NCBI GenBank assembly: GCA_047150005.1
Contig: AP038806.1
Location: 2,944,001 to 3,008,000, forward strand
Source of the DNA: Nitrospira sp.
GTDB taxonomy: Bacteria > Nitrospirota > Nitrospiria > Nitrospirales > Nitrospiraceae
DNA length: 64,000 nucleotides
Direction of reading: 5' to 3'
Positions 1 through 10,131 of the stretch are shown here, one piece after another. The notes beneath the pieces were generated by a model that saw only the letters and a program-made list of their open reading frames with translations, was not told where the DNA came from and did no database searches. The position numbers and the translations under genes were made by a program. The number at the start of each line of letters is the position of its first letter. Position 1 is the first letter of the stretch.

Positions 1-129
1 GTGAGTAAGCCACGCTCCAGATATCGAGGCTTGTTTGGATTATACGACGCTGCATCTATGTCAGCGCAAAGGGAGCAGATGAACTAGATATGCGGTCATG
101 GTTGTACCGCCTGGCAAGGAGGACTGTCT

Positions 130-756
130 ATGTGTCTCAAGAAGCCTGCCTTCGCCGGCTTCTCTCTTCTGGTGCTCTGCACTGTCATGGTTCTGCCTAT
201 GCACATCAGAGGTGAGACGCCAGGGCCCGACCAAGTCATATCACGCCTCAACGTGGCACTGATCGAAACAATGAGAGGTGGCAAGGAATTGGGGTTCAGC
301 GGCCGTTACCGACTGCTTGAGCCAGTCGTGACAGAGACCTTCTTGCTCCCTTACATGGCGAGTGTCTCTGTAGGCAGACACTGGAAGACTCTCACAGAGG
401 AGCAGCAGGGGCAGTTTGAAGAAATCTATGCCGCATGGTCGATTGCGAGCTATGCGAAGCATTTTGACGAATATGCAGGAGAGCGATTCGAGATAACGAA
501 ACAGGCCCAGACGGCAGGCGGCGCTGCAGTCCTGAGCAAACTTCTGAGCTCCAAAGACAATGAAACGGAGTTCGAGTACCGTCTGCGACTGACGGAGGGC
601 GCCTGGCGCATTGTGGACGTGCGCATTTCGGGCGTGAGTCAGCTTGCCAATACGCGGGCTCAATTTGTGAGCATTCTTGACAAGAAGGGTTTTGACGAAC
701 TCCTTGCATCGATCAAGCGAAAGATTCGGGAATTCTCCCAAAGCGATGGCCAATGA
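130..756 (+). CDS. hpnM: MlaC/Ttg2D-family periplasmic lipid-binding protein (HpnM-like)
   Basis: Signal peptide; C-terminal 'WRIVDVRISGVSQLANTRAQF' typical of MlaC/Ttg2D; next to hpnN- and hpnO-like genes. Confidence 0.75.
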   Translation: MCLKKPAFAGFSLLVLCTVMVLPMHIRGETPGPDQVISRLNVALIETMRGGKELGFSGRYRLLEPVVTETFLLPYMASVSVGRHWKTLTEEQQGQFEEIYAAWSIASYAKHFDEYAGERFEITKQAQTAGGAAVLSKLLSSKDNETEFEYRLRLTEGAWRIVDVRISGVSQLANTRAQFVSILDKKGFDELLASIKRKIREFSQSDGQ

Positions 757-887
757 GCCAAGGCCCACGTCACGATTGAAATATGTGCTCCCCAGCTCTT
801 CGCGAAGCGGTCACGTTATGCGAGATTGAAGGGATCGAGTGATACGGTCTGCAACACGAACCGTCCGTCCGATGGGGACAGAGTCTA

Positions 888-1337
888 ATGGACCCTAAAG
901 AGACCGACATGTCAGAGACGCCGGCGCGCGGGGTTCACCCACAAGGCTTGCTGAATCCATATCTCCAGCTTGCCGTGAACGGCCTGTTGGTCTCCGCGAG
1001 CGAGTTGCTGCTGAAGCGCGGGGCGATAGCGACCACGGAGGTTTCAGGATCGCCTTGGCTTGACAGCCTTGGTTTTACAACGCTGGGGTCTGGGTGGGTA
1101 TGGGCCGGCATTGCCAGCGGAATTGCGGGCTTCGTGAGCTGGCTGTACGTGCTGCGATGGGTTCCTCTCAGCATAGCTTTCCCCCTGGCCAGCGTGGTTC
1201 ACGTGTTGATTCCCTTGGGATCCTGGTTCTTCCTGGGAGAAACAATGAGTCCGCTGAGGTGGTGTGGGATTGCACTAATCGTAATAGGGATTTGGTATCT
1301 TGCCAACCCGCTGATGCGGGCGGAAGAGGTGCTGTGA
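888..1337 (+). CDS. Small DMT/EamA-type membrane protein (ArnE/ArnF-like)
   Basis: 4 hydrophobic helices, 'WLYVLRWVPLSIAFPL...FLGET' motif. Confidence 0.7.
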   Translation: MDPKETDMSETPARGVHPQGLLNPYLQLAVNGLLVSASELLLKRGAIATTEVSGSPWLDSLGFTTLGSGWVWAGIASGIAGFVSWLYVLRWVPLSIAFPLASVVHVLIPLGSWFFLGETMSPLRWCGIALIVIGIWYLANPLMRAEEVL

Positions 1338-1678
1338 CGATTCATCTCCTTCTGCTCGCTCTGTTATCCCAGATCTTTCTGGTGGCAGGACAGCTTCTGT
1401 TGAAACATGGCATGAGTTACACAAAGGGAGCGACCGTGCTTTTCGGGCGGGTTGTGTGCGGTGTTCTGGCAGGGGTCTCCATGCTCACCTTGTGGTTCTT
1501 CACGTGGATGGGTTTGCTGCAACAGCTCGATCTCAGCCATGTGTACCCCTTTGAGGGAATAAGCCCTGTGTTGCTGGTGGTTGCCGCAACGGTGATTCTG
1601 GGGGAGCGACAAAGTTCGAGATCATGGGTTGGAGTCGGCCTTATTGCGCTCGGCACCGTACTCGTGGGTATCAGTTGA
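1334..1678 (+). CDS. Second small DMT/EamA-type membrane protein
   Basis: GTG overlaps the upstream stop (GTGA); 'LDLSHVYPF...ILGER' motif; forms a pair with the upstream gene. Confidence 0.65.
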   Translation: MTIHLLLLALLSQIFLVAGQLLLKHGMSYTKGATVLFGRVVCGVLAGVSMLTLWFFTWMGLLQQLDLSHVYPFEGISPVLLVVAATVILGERQSSRSWVGVGLIALGTVLVGIS

Positions 1679-1979
1679 GAAGCGGGGCGAACTATCTTTA
1701 ACCACAGATCAGATTATCGGTCGTGGTAGATTTTGATTTCCAAGTACAAGCGAGCATTGGCCGGTGCAGGCTGGCTGTACGCTCAGGAGAGAGCACAGAG
1801 GACAGCGACTCGGCGCGCCCATTGTTAGAAAGATTCTTGCCCTTACCTCCATCGGATGCCGATGTGCGGAACGTCGATCAGATCTGGTTCTCTAGCCTGA
1901 AATGAAATAGGGGAGAGAAACCCGGCTGAACGACTGAGATAGTCTCAAGGGCCAAAACTCACACCGATCTGAACCAACC

Positions 1980-4619
1980 ATGTTCACCGAGGCTACCCTT
2001 AGCCGCACACAGCGCCTGCTGAGTGGATGGGTTCTCCTCATTCAGCATAATGCAGTTGCCGTCCTCGTGGTCGGTGTCCTGCTGACGCTTGGGGCCCTCT
2101 ACTACTCCGCCGCCAATTTCAAGATCAACACCGACATCCATGGCATGATGTCTGACAAGCTGCGCTTCCGGGAATTGTACAAGGAGTTCTCCAGGGCCTT
2201 TCCACAACAGGGCGACACCGTCGTCGTTGTCATCGATGGCATCACCGCGGAACAGGCAGGGGCCGCACGCAAAGCCATAGCCGAGCAACTGAGGAAAGAA
2301 AAGGCGATCTTTGCAGACGTGTATGAACCAGGGGCCGGAGCGTTCTTTCAACAGAACGGCCTCCTGTACCTGAACACCGAAGAACTGGAGAGACTCGGAG
2401 ACCGACTCTCGGCAGCCCAACCCTTTCTGGCGCTTCTCTCCCACGACCTCAGCATCCGCGGGCTTTTCAGAGTCGTTGAAAAGGCCTTGGAGCAAGAAGA
2501 TCTCAGTGAGGCCCAAGACCGCACTCTTGCCCTCCTGCTCGACGGGATGAGCAACGCCTTCGGTAGCGCGGTTCAGGGAACGGTCTCCCAGATGTCATGG
2601 GAGGCCCTGGCGCTCGGCGCAGTGCAGACAGCGAGGCAATGCCGCCAGTTCATCATACTGGAGCCACGAGTTGCGGATGCATCCCTGTCTGCGGAAAGCG
2701 TCCACCTCGAGACCATTCGTCGGGTTGCCAGGCAGTTCGGCTACAATCAGCTCGGAACCGCTCGAGTGCGGATCACGGGAGAGTTCGCACTTGCTTACGA
2801 GAACCTCGTAGAAGTCCGCAACAGCACAGGAGTTGCGACCGTGGCGTCCCTCCTTTTGGTGGCGCTGGTCCTTTCTGTGGGTCTCTACTTCTCATGGCGC
2901 CTCATCTTTTGCAGCCTTGTCACATTGATCACGGGACTCATCTGGTCCACCGCATTCGCTCTTGCCACCGTGGGCAGTCTCAACATGATCTCCGTCACAT
3001 TCGCCGTACTTTTCATCGGACTGGGCATCGACTACAGCATACAGTTCTGCCTCAGATATCGGGAGCTGCTTATGCAAAGCGGCCATCAGCAGAATAGCAT
3101 CACTTCGACAGCCACCAGTGTCGGCAGAAGTCTCTTCTTCAGCGCTGCAACCACGGCACTCGGCTTCTACTCCTTTGTTCCCACTGCCTATGCAGGAGTG
3201 GCTGAACTGGGCTTCATCTCGGGGTCGAGTATGTTCATCAGCTTTTTCGGAAACATAACCGTTTTGCCCGCTTTGCTGACCATCTTCCCCGTGAAGGAGT
3301 GCCGGCGGTGGAAACCCTCCTGGCCGTGGCTCGTCAACCTGCCTTACAGGTATCCGCGCGGCGTCGTCGCCGTCGGTGCACTATGGGCGTTGGCCTCTCT
3401 CTTGGCCGTTCCACGAGTCCTCTTCGACTACAACACGCTCAACCTCTACGACAAGTCATCAGAGTCTGTGATAACCATGAAGGAACTCTTTAATGACCCT
3501 GAGGGCCAGCCATGGACCGCTTCGGTGCTTGCGGACGGTGAGGACGAAGCCCTTCGTCTCGCCGGGCGGCTGAAAAGCCTTAAAGAAGTCAGAACGGCCG
3601 TAACGATACATGATTTCATCCCGGGCGATCAGCAGGACAAGATCAACCTTATTTCCGACATCGCGCTTTTCATGTCACCCGAGCTCGAGCGGCCTCACGC
3701 CACGCGCCCCACCTATGAGCAGAACACTCAAGCGCTTGCACGCCTTGAGCGGTCTCTCGAGAGCCATCTCAATGGACTTCGGCATTCCACCAGAGAGTCG
3801 GCGCAGAAGCTTTTTGACGGCATCCGAAGATTCAGGCCCCTTCTTGAAGACAGCCAGCGCGGCATGTCCGCCCTTGCCCTGGTCGATGAGAGTTTGACGC
3901 CCGGGCTTCCCATGCTCCTCGAGAGACTTGGGACATTGCTGCAGCCAAGCCCGGTAGAGGAACCATCCTCCCTTCCTCGAGAATTGCGGAGCCAGTACGT
4001 ATCCGCAGACGGCCACTTCCGTGTTCAGGTGTTCCCGCGGGACGACATCACAAACCTGGCAAGTCTGGAAGGATTTGTCCGTGCGGTCAGGTCAGTGGCG
4101 CCAAACGCTACCGACACACCTGTGATGGTTTACGAATCAGGCAGGGTTATAGCGGCGTCTTTCAGGGAGGCCTCGCTTTACGCGGTGATCATAATCTGCG
4201 CTTTTGTGCTCGCCGGTCTCAGAAGCACGTCCAAGACCCTTCTGATACTCATCCCCATGGCGCTCGCCTTCCTTCTCACGGCCGCCGCATCGGTGTTGCT
4301 CGGCGTCCCTCTCAATTTCGCCAACGTCATCGTTGTGCCTCTGATTCTCGGGATCGGGGTCCACAGCGGCGTCATATTTATTGTCCGCGACTGGAAAGAC
4401 CCGAGACGGGAGGACAACCTTCTGAAATCCAGTATGGCCCGCGCCACGCTGTTCAGCAATCTAGCCACGATGATCAGTACTGCAAGCCTAGCCTTTTCTC
4501 CACACCTGGGGATTGCGAGTATCGGTATACTCCTGAGCATCTGTCTCGCTTTCCTCATTCTTTCGACGCTTCTCTTCCTGCCGTCCTTGATAGTGCTGCT
4601 CAAAGTGCGGCTTGGGTAA
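1980..4619 (+). CDS. hpnN: MMPL/RND hopanoid transporter (HpnN-like)
   Basis: 879 aa, two TM bundles, 'GLGIDYSIQF' and 'LGIGVHSG' RND motifs. Confidence 0.85.
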   Translation: MFTEATLSRTQRLLSGWVLLIQHNAVAVLVVGVLLTLGALYYSAANFKINTDIHGMMSDKLRFRELYKEFSRAFPQQGDTVVVVIDGITAEQAGAARKAIAEQLRKEKAIFADVYEPGAGAFFQQNGLLYLNTEELERLGDRLSAAQPFLALLSHDLSIRGLFRVVEKALEQEDLSEAQDRTLALLLDGMSNAFGSAVQGTVSQMSWEALALGAVQTARQCRQFIILEPRVADASLSAESVHLETIRRVARQFGYNQLGTARVRITGEFALAYENLVEVRNSTGVATVASLLLVALVLSVGLYFSWRLIFCSLVTLITGLIWSTAFALATVGSLNMISVTFAVLFIGLGIDYSIQFCLRYRELLMQSGHQQNSITSTATSVGRSLFFSAATTALGFYSFVPTAYAGVAELGFISGSSMFISFFGNITVLPALLTIFPVKECRRWKPSWPWLVNLPYRYPRGVVAVGALWALASLLAVPRVLFDYNTLNLYDKSSESVITMKELFNDPEGQPWTASVLADGEDEALRLAGRLKSLKEVRTAVTIHDFIPGDQQDKINLISDIALFMSPELERPHATRPTYEQNTQALARLERSLESHLNGLRHSTRESAQKLFDGIRRFRPLLEDSQRGMSALALVDESLTPGLPMLLERLGTLLQPSPVEEPSSLPRELRSQYVSADGHFRVQVFPRDDITNLASLEGFVRAVRSVAPNATDTPVMVYESGRVIAASFREASLYAVIIICAFVLAGLRSTSKTLLILIPMALAFLLTAAASVLLGVPLNFANVIVVPLILGIGVHSGVIFIVRDWKDPRREDNLLKSSMARATLFSNLATMISTASLAFSPHLGIASIGILLSICLAFLILSTLLFLPSLIVLLKVRLG

Positions 4620-4759
4620 CGGGGGCTCGGAAACCGTCGGAAAGTGTCAGTCGATTTTCTGTCTTTCTTCAATTAGACTAGGCGAGCCTTCGTCTTCACA
4701 TTGAATGCTGTCCGTGTTGGTCAGCTTCATTCCTCTTGTAAGAGGCACCGCACCACCGG
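4533..4759 (+). repeat. Direct repeat copy 1 (3' end of hpnN plus downstream DNA)
   Basis: First ~90 bp nearly identical to 5649 onward, then progressively diverged. Confidence 0.9.
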
Positions 4760-4829
4760 TGCGCACGCGTGAGAGGGCGGTCTCCGGCAGAGTTGTGCTC
4801 TTTTCCCCGACCCTTGTATCCTGGGTCGT

Positions 4830-5600
4830 ATGCCCTTGCTTCCGGCATCAGCGGTGAGAGCGACGAATGGTAGTGTCCGATGGTCATGCCTCGGCATCAT
4901 CCTGCTGACAACCTTGTTCTTCACGTGGTCTTTCTCACGTGCCTCGGATCCCAAGCCAGATGACGTCCTCAGCCAGACTGACCATGACCCGGCAGTCCAT
5001 CGAGACACCTTGGTCGACTCTCAGGCAACAAATCTGGATATTGAGCACTCTCTGTTTATGCATCATAGTTCGGGCCTCGCGCTGTTGACGATAGGGCTGC
5101 TCCTGATCGTAGATCGACTACAGCTCTGCTCCCATGCCGTTACCACCATCCTCATCGGCTGTACCTGGCTGTTGTTCGGCGCCTTTCTCTTGATCAAGAC
5201 AGAACCGGACGAGTGGCCGACCAGCCTCAGCTTTATGGAAAGTTTCAACAAGCCGACCAGAAGTGAATGGATCCAGCATAAGCTCTTGTCGCTCATTCCC
5301 GTGCTCCTTGGCGCGTACACACTGTTGGCCAAGCGCGGTGGCGAGGCGATGACCTGGACATATGTGGCGGCAGGCGCCACATTTCTTGGTGGGATCGGGC
5401 TGCTGATCCACCAGCATTTCGAGCATCCAGACTTCGATATGGTGAACTTCCAACACCGACTCTTTGCGCTCTCCGCCATGTGTGTGGCAGGCGGGTTGTT
5501 CGTGGAACGATCTGGCACCATCACCTGGAAGGCCAAGCGATTTATCGTCCCGCTCGGCATCCTAGTCCTCGGCATCCAATTAGTCCTGTACGTCGAATAG
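4830..5600 (+). CDS. Integral membrane protein with several His residues, function unknown
   Basis: 256 aa ORF, about 6-7 hydrophobic segments, 'HHSSG', 'IQHK', 'HQH', 'QHR'; start uncertain. Confidence 0.6.
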   Translation: MPLLPASAVRATNGSVRWSCLGIILLTTLFFTWSFSRASDPKPDDVLSQTDHDPAVHRDTLVDSQATNLDIEHSLFMHHSSGLALLTIGLLLIVDRLQLCSHAVTTILIGCTWLLFGAFLLIKTEPDEWPTSLSFMESFNKPTRSEWIQHKLLSLIPVLLGAYTLLAKRGGEAMTWTYVAAGATFLGGIGLLIHQHFEHPDFDMVNFQHRLFALSAMCVAGGLFVERSGTITWKAKRFIVPLGILVLGIQLVLYVE

Positions 5601-5648
5601 CGACGACGCGCAAGACTTTGGTGCCAACTTGGTGTCAAGACATCCTGA

Positions 5649-5873
5649 CTGAGCATCTGTCTCGCTTTCCTCATTCTTTCGACACTTCTCTTCCTGCCGT
5701 CCTTGATAGTGCTGCTCACAGTGCGGCTTGGGTAACGGGGTCTCCGAAACCACCGGATATTGTTGGTGAATTGTCTGTCTTGCTTCGCTTATAATGCTTC
5801 GCCTTCATTATTACATCGACTGTCGTCCGGGTTGATGAGCGTCATCCTCTTGTAAAATGCACCGCACCACCGG
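5649..5873 (+). repeat. Direct repeat copy 2 (duplicated hpnN 3' end)
   Basis: ctgagcatctgtctcgctttcctcattctttcgac...gtgcggcttgggtaacgggg matches 4533 onward. Confidence 0.9.
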
Positions 5874-5886
5874 GGCCGAGACTGTG

Positions 5887-6513
5887 ATGAAACACGGAGA
5901 AAGAAACCTCTACTGGCATAAGCCATCCGTATTAGCCGAAGACCGGCAGGTTAGGAACGGGTACAAAAGCTGTGTGATCTGGTTCACCGGCCTGTCCGCT
6001 GCGGGGAAATCCACTCTGGCGAACTCCTTAGCGAACGTATTGCACGGGGCTGGGATCATCACTTATGTGCTGGACGGTGACAACATGCGCCACGGTCTGA
6101 ACAAAGATCTTGGCTTCAGCCCGGAAGACCGAACGGAGAACATCCGCCGGATCGGAGAAGTGGCAAAGCTGTTTGTCGACGCGGGCCTGATTGTCATGAC
6201 CGCCGTCATATCACCCTGCAGGGAAGATCGCGAGAACGTCAGGCGGCTTCTCGGAGATGGTGAGTTCATTGAAGTGTATGTCAAATGCTCTCTCACGGAG
6301 TGTGAACGGCGGGATCCGAAGGGAATCTATCGGCTGGCCAGATCCGGCAGGGTCACGAACTTCACCGGCATCTCGGCACCTTACGAAAAACCTTTGACTC
6401 CTGACGTCCTTCTCGAAACAGACGTGAAGACCCCTGATGAATGTCTGTCCATTCTCTTGAACTATCTCACGGAAAAAGGATATATGGAGAACCTCAATCG
6501 CGGGCAGGTATGA
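5887..6513 (+). CDS. cysC: Adenylyl-sulfate (APS) kinase
   Basis: 'WFTGLSAAGKST' P-loop, 'LDGDNMRHGL', 'RDPKGIY', 'FTGISAPYE'. Confidence 0.95.
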   Translation: MKHGERNLYWHKPSVLAEDRQVRNGYKSCVIWFTGLSAAGKSTLANSLANVLHGAGIITYVLDGDNMRHGLNKDLGFSPEDRTENIRRIGEVAKLFVDAGLIVMTAVISPCREDRENVRRLLGDGEFIEVYVKCSLTECERRDPKGIYRLARSGRVTNFTGISAPYEKPLTPDVLLETDVKTPDECLSILLNYLTEKGYMENLNRGQV

Positions 6514-6609
6514 TTCCGTCTCTCATCGAATGGGTATGTGGGCTCATTTGTCCGCCGCGCCTGGAAAAGGAGTCTGCTTGCGTGTCTGGTGGGTCAACGG
6601 GTTTCATTA

Positions 6610-7926
6610 ATGGCTGAAGCGCAGGGAAAAGAACTCGCCGTTCAGCCTGCGGGACCCACCGTCCTCCCTCCTGCAGGCGGCGGTCGGTCAACACCCGCCC
6701 GAGAGCGCTGGATGGTGAGACGCTCCTTCCTCGTCCACACAATCAACGCGCTAGGCGGCATGGTCAGTCAGGCAGCATTGGCAAGCCTCGAGGAAGGCGA
6801 ACTCCTAAAGGCGGCATGCCGCCGGGCCGGCCATGACGACTTTGGTGAGACATCCTTTCGAGAACCCCTCCGCCGCCTCGTTTCGGCTCTTCAGACGGAA
6901 GCCCATCTTCACCCTTTAGGGCGACTCGCCACTCGTCACGACCTGATCAGGCTCCTAATCAACCGCTTGCGGCTGCAGGAAGATCGGAAGCGTCATCCCG
7001 GTATCGTTGAACAGCAAATTCGACAACCGATCATCATAACGGGCCTGCCCCGCACCGGGACGACGCTTCTCCATGCCCTGCTGGGTCTTGACCCAGCCAA
7101 CCGGATTCCACGCACCTGGGAAACCATGTACCCCAGCCCGCCGCCAGCGGCAGAAACGTACCATGTTGACCGGCGCATTGACCTGGTTGATCGTCAGATC
7201 CGCTGGTTCCATCGAATGGTTCAGGACTTCAACCGTATTCACCCCGTCGGTGCAAGGCTTCCCGAGGAATGCCTCGTGATCTTCAGCCATTCTTTCATGA
7301 GCTACCAGTTCGAGACGACCCACCGTCTGCCGTCCTATCTCGACTGGCTTGAATCTCAGAACCTCCGCCTCTCATACGAAATGCACCGCAGGTTCCTGCA
7401 GCACTTGCAGTGGCGGTGTCCGGGGGAGCGTTGGGTCTTGAAGGCGCCGGCTCACATGTTCGATTTCGAGGCGATGTTCGAGGCCTACCCTGACGCCTGT
7501 GTCGTGATGACACACCGCAACCCAATAGAGGTGACCGCCTCCAACGCCAGTCTAACGGCAACCCTCAGAAGTGCCTTCAGCGACGATGTTGATCCTGTTG
7601 AAGTGGGGCGCGAGTGCAGTCGAAGATGGGCCGAAGCGCTCAGCAGGGCTCTGTGTTCGCGCGACCGCGGTTGTGCTCCCTCGGAGCGCTTCCTCGATCT
7701 CTACTACACTGACCTGGTCGCTGACCCGGTGGCAGCTGTGGAAAGAGTCTATAGACATTTTGACCTGCCCTTGCCCGACGGACTTCGGGAAAAGGTTAAG
7801 GAATTCGTCAACAGGAACCCGCAGAACCGTTTTGGGAAACACCGATACAACCTCCATGACTTTGGTTTGGATCTTCAGGAGGAACAGAAGAAGTATGCCG
7901 CCTACCGGGAACGTTTTCGCTTGTGA
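6610..7926 (+). CDS. PAPS-dependent sulfotransferase
   Basis: 5'-PSB motif 'TGLPRTGTT', 'LKAPAH', 3'-PB motif 'HRNPIEVTAS'; start uncertain. Confidence 0.85.
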   Translation: MAEAQGKELAVQPAGPTVLPPAGGGRSTPARERWMVRRSFLVHTINALGGMVSQAALASLEEGELLKAACRRAGHDDFGETSFREPLRRLVSALQTEAHLHPLGRLATRHDLIRLLINRLRLQEDRKRHPGIVEQQIRQPIIITGLPRTGTTLLHALLGLDPANRIPRTWETMYPSPPPAAETYHVDRRIDLVDRQIRWFHRMVQDFNRIHPVGARLPEECLVIFSHSFMSYQFETTHRLPSYLDWLESQNLRLSYEMHRRFLQHLQWRCPGERWVLKAPAHMFDFEAMFEAYPDACVVMTHRNPIEVTASNASLTATLRSAFSDDVDPVEVGRECSRRWAEALSRALCSRDRGCAPSERFLDLYYTDLVADPVAAVERVYRHFDLPLPDGLREKVKEFVNRNPQNRFGKHRYNLHDFGLDLQEEQKKYAAYRERFRL

Positions 7927-7983
7927 TATCGGCACGCGTGTCTGGGAGGCCCTTCGCTTTTGCTGACCACCTAGGAGATTCTC

Positions 7984-9363
7984 ATGCCCTTTGATCTGCG
8001 AGAATTGATTGAACGAAATCAGGGCCGGCAACATTCCCTGCTTTCGGAGTACATCAATCCCCAGATGGCCAGAGTTCTCAAGACCATTGGGTTTGACCCT
8101 GTGTACGTCCGCGGACAGGGAGCTCACCTCTGGGACGATCGCGGCAACGACTACCTCGACATGCTCGCCGGATTCGGCGTATTTGCCGTCGGTCGGTCCC
8201 ACCCCAAGGTAAAGGAAGCCATCAGACAGTATCTGGATCTGGACAGCCCGAATCTCGTGAAGATGGGAACCCAGCTTTTGGCGGGGCTTCTCGCCGAAAA
8301 ACTGATCAGAGATTTCGCCCCACAAGGTCTCGACACGGTCTTCTTCTGCAACTCGGGCGCCGAGGCGGTGGACGGGGCTCTGAAGTTTGCTCATGTCTTT
8401 ACCCGCAGAAAGAGGTTTCTCTACTGCGACCATGGCTACCACGGTCTAACTCTTGGGACTCTTGCAGTGAACGGGTGCAAAGAATTCCGCTCCGATTACG
8501 AAGCCATCTTGTCCGGCGGGACCGAAATTCCCTTTGGTGACGCGGCGCGCATGGAGGCTGAGATTGCCCGTGGTGATGTCGCTGCGCTTGTGGTTGAACC
8601 GATAATCGGCCACGGCGTCTTCATGCCGCCCGATGATTTTCTGCCCCGGGCACGCGAAGCCTGCACCCGCCATGGCACTCTTCTCATTGCCGATGAGGTT
8701 CAGACAGGCCTGGGCCGCACGGGAAAGCTCTTTGGCTACCAACACTGGGGCATAGTGCCCGACATCATAACCTTGTCAAAGTCTCTCTCGGGAGGATATT
8801 GCCCGGTCGGGGCCATTTTGTACCCCCACAGAGTCTATGACCGGGTCTTCAGTTCAATGGATCGGTGCATGGTCCACTCCACCACCTTTGGACAGAACGA
8901 CCTGGCTGCAGTCTGCGGCTTGGTGACTTTGGAAGTGATCCATGATGAAGATCTCGTTCAGAACAGCGCCCACATGGGGGCCTATCTTCTAAGCCATCTC
9001 AGAGACCTGGCGACGCGGTATGAGCTTATTCGGGAGGTCCGGGGTCAGGGCCTGATGATAGCTATCGAATTTGGGCCTCCGCGTTCGGCAGCATTGAAGA
9101 TGGCCTGGCATATGATTCACAGGATCAACAAGGATCTTTTCTGCCAGTCCATTCTGATGCCTCTGATGATAGATCATCATGTTCTGGCCCAGGTCTGCGG
9201 CCATGGCAAGGACATCATAAAGCTCATCCCACCGCTAGTTTTCAGCAAGGCCGATGCGGACAGGTTCATTTCGGCCTTTGATCAGGTAGTCTCAGCAGCC
9301 CATCGTTTTCCCGGACCGATCTGGGAGGTTGGCTCCCGCATGGCCAAAGCGACCATCCGCTAG
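7984..9363 (+). CDS. hpnO: Class III PLP aminotransferase (HpnO-like)
   Basis: 'NSGAEA', 'IADEVQTGLGRTG', 'SKSLSGG'; N-terminus 'NPQMARVLKTIGFD' resembles HpnO; hopanoid context. Confidence 0.75.
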   Translation: MPFDLRELIERNQGRQHSLLSEYINPQMARVLKTIGFDPVYVRGQGAHLWDDRGNDYLDMLAGFGVFAVGRSHPKVKEAIRQYLDLDSPNLVKMGTQLLAGLLAEKLIRDFAPQGLDTVFFCNSGAEAVDGALKFAHVFTRRKRFLYCDHGYHGLTLGTLAVNGCKEFRSDYEAILSGGTEIPFGDAARMEAEIARGDVAALVVEPIIGHGVFMPPDDFLPRAREACTRHGTLLIADEVQTGLGRTGKLFGYQHWGIVPDIITLSKSLSGGYCPVGAILYPHRVYDRVFSSMDRCMVHSTTFGQNDLAAVCGLVTLEVIHDEDLVQNSAHMGAYLLSHLRDLATRYELIREVRGQGLMIAIEFGPPRSAALKMAWHMIHRINKDLFCQSILMPLMIDHHVLAQVCGHGKDIIKLIPPLVFSKADADRFISAFDQVVSAAHRFPGPIWEVGSRMAKATIR

Positions 9364-9819
9364 ATGGCCGGACCAGAGGCTGACGATCCAAGCCGTGCGA
9401 TCTCGCTGAAGAGTTGTCCCGCCACATACACTCCGGCGCCGGGCCGTAAAGGGACAGTCCTTATTTCTGGAAGATAGAGCATGGAACCTCGTTTTGAGTT
9501 GTGATAGGTGTGACCGTGACAAGTCGTATTACCTTCCTCTGGGCGTCCCTTTCTTGACAAACTCGTTCAGCGTAACCACTCGAAACCCTTCCTCAGGAGA
9601 CCGAACAAGAGCAATCACCAGCCAAAGGGGAGATTTCGGAATGACTCAGGTCATCCTCGATCATGGTGTGTCAGGGTGTCTTGGCACCACATTGGCACCA
9701 AGCGAGAGGCTGAGGAGAAACCGATAAAGTCCGATCGAGGACGATGGTTCTGTCCAGTCGAGTGGTGGGGCGTAGGAAATGCGTAGAACCCTACGCCCCA
9801 GATCCAGCTATAGTGATTA

Positions 9820-10055
9820 GCAGGCTGTTGACAAAGTCCGCCAGCGGCGTGCTCCCATCTCTCAGAGGCTCACCGTACGGCCCGGGAACACGCCTGTTCC
9901 GACAGGCGATGGGTGGGCGGGTGAGGACGGTATACGCTTCGCCTTGAAGACACTGGGCGCTCACCGACTCGCGCCGTCCACAGACGTGACGCTCCTTATT
10001 CGTCGCGTCGCAGACCTCGCTGCGCCTTGCTGGACGGCCTTTCTGAACAGCCTGC
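9820..10055. repeat. MITE-like palindromic intergenic element
   Basis: Terminal inverted repeats gcaggctgttgacaaag / ctttctgaacagcctgc (15 of 17 match); no credible ORF inside. Confidence 0.65.
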
Positions 10056-10131
10056 AGGGCATGCTGATGGCGTCCGTGACCTCAGAGACGACTCCATTTC
10101 CGAGGTCATCGCAGAGTTTGTCAACACACTG

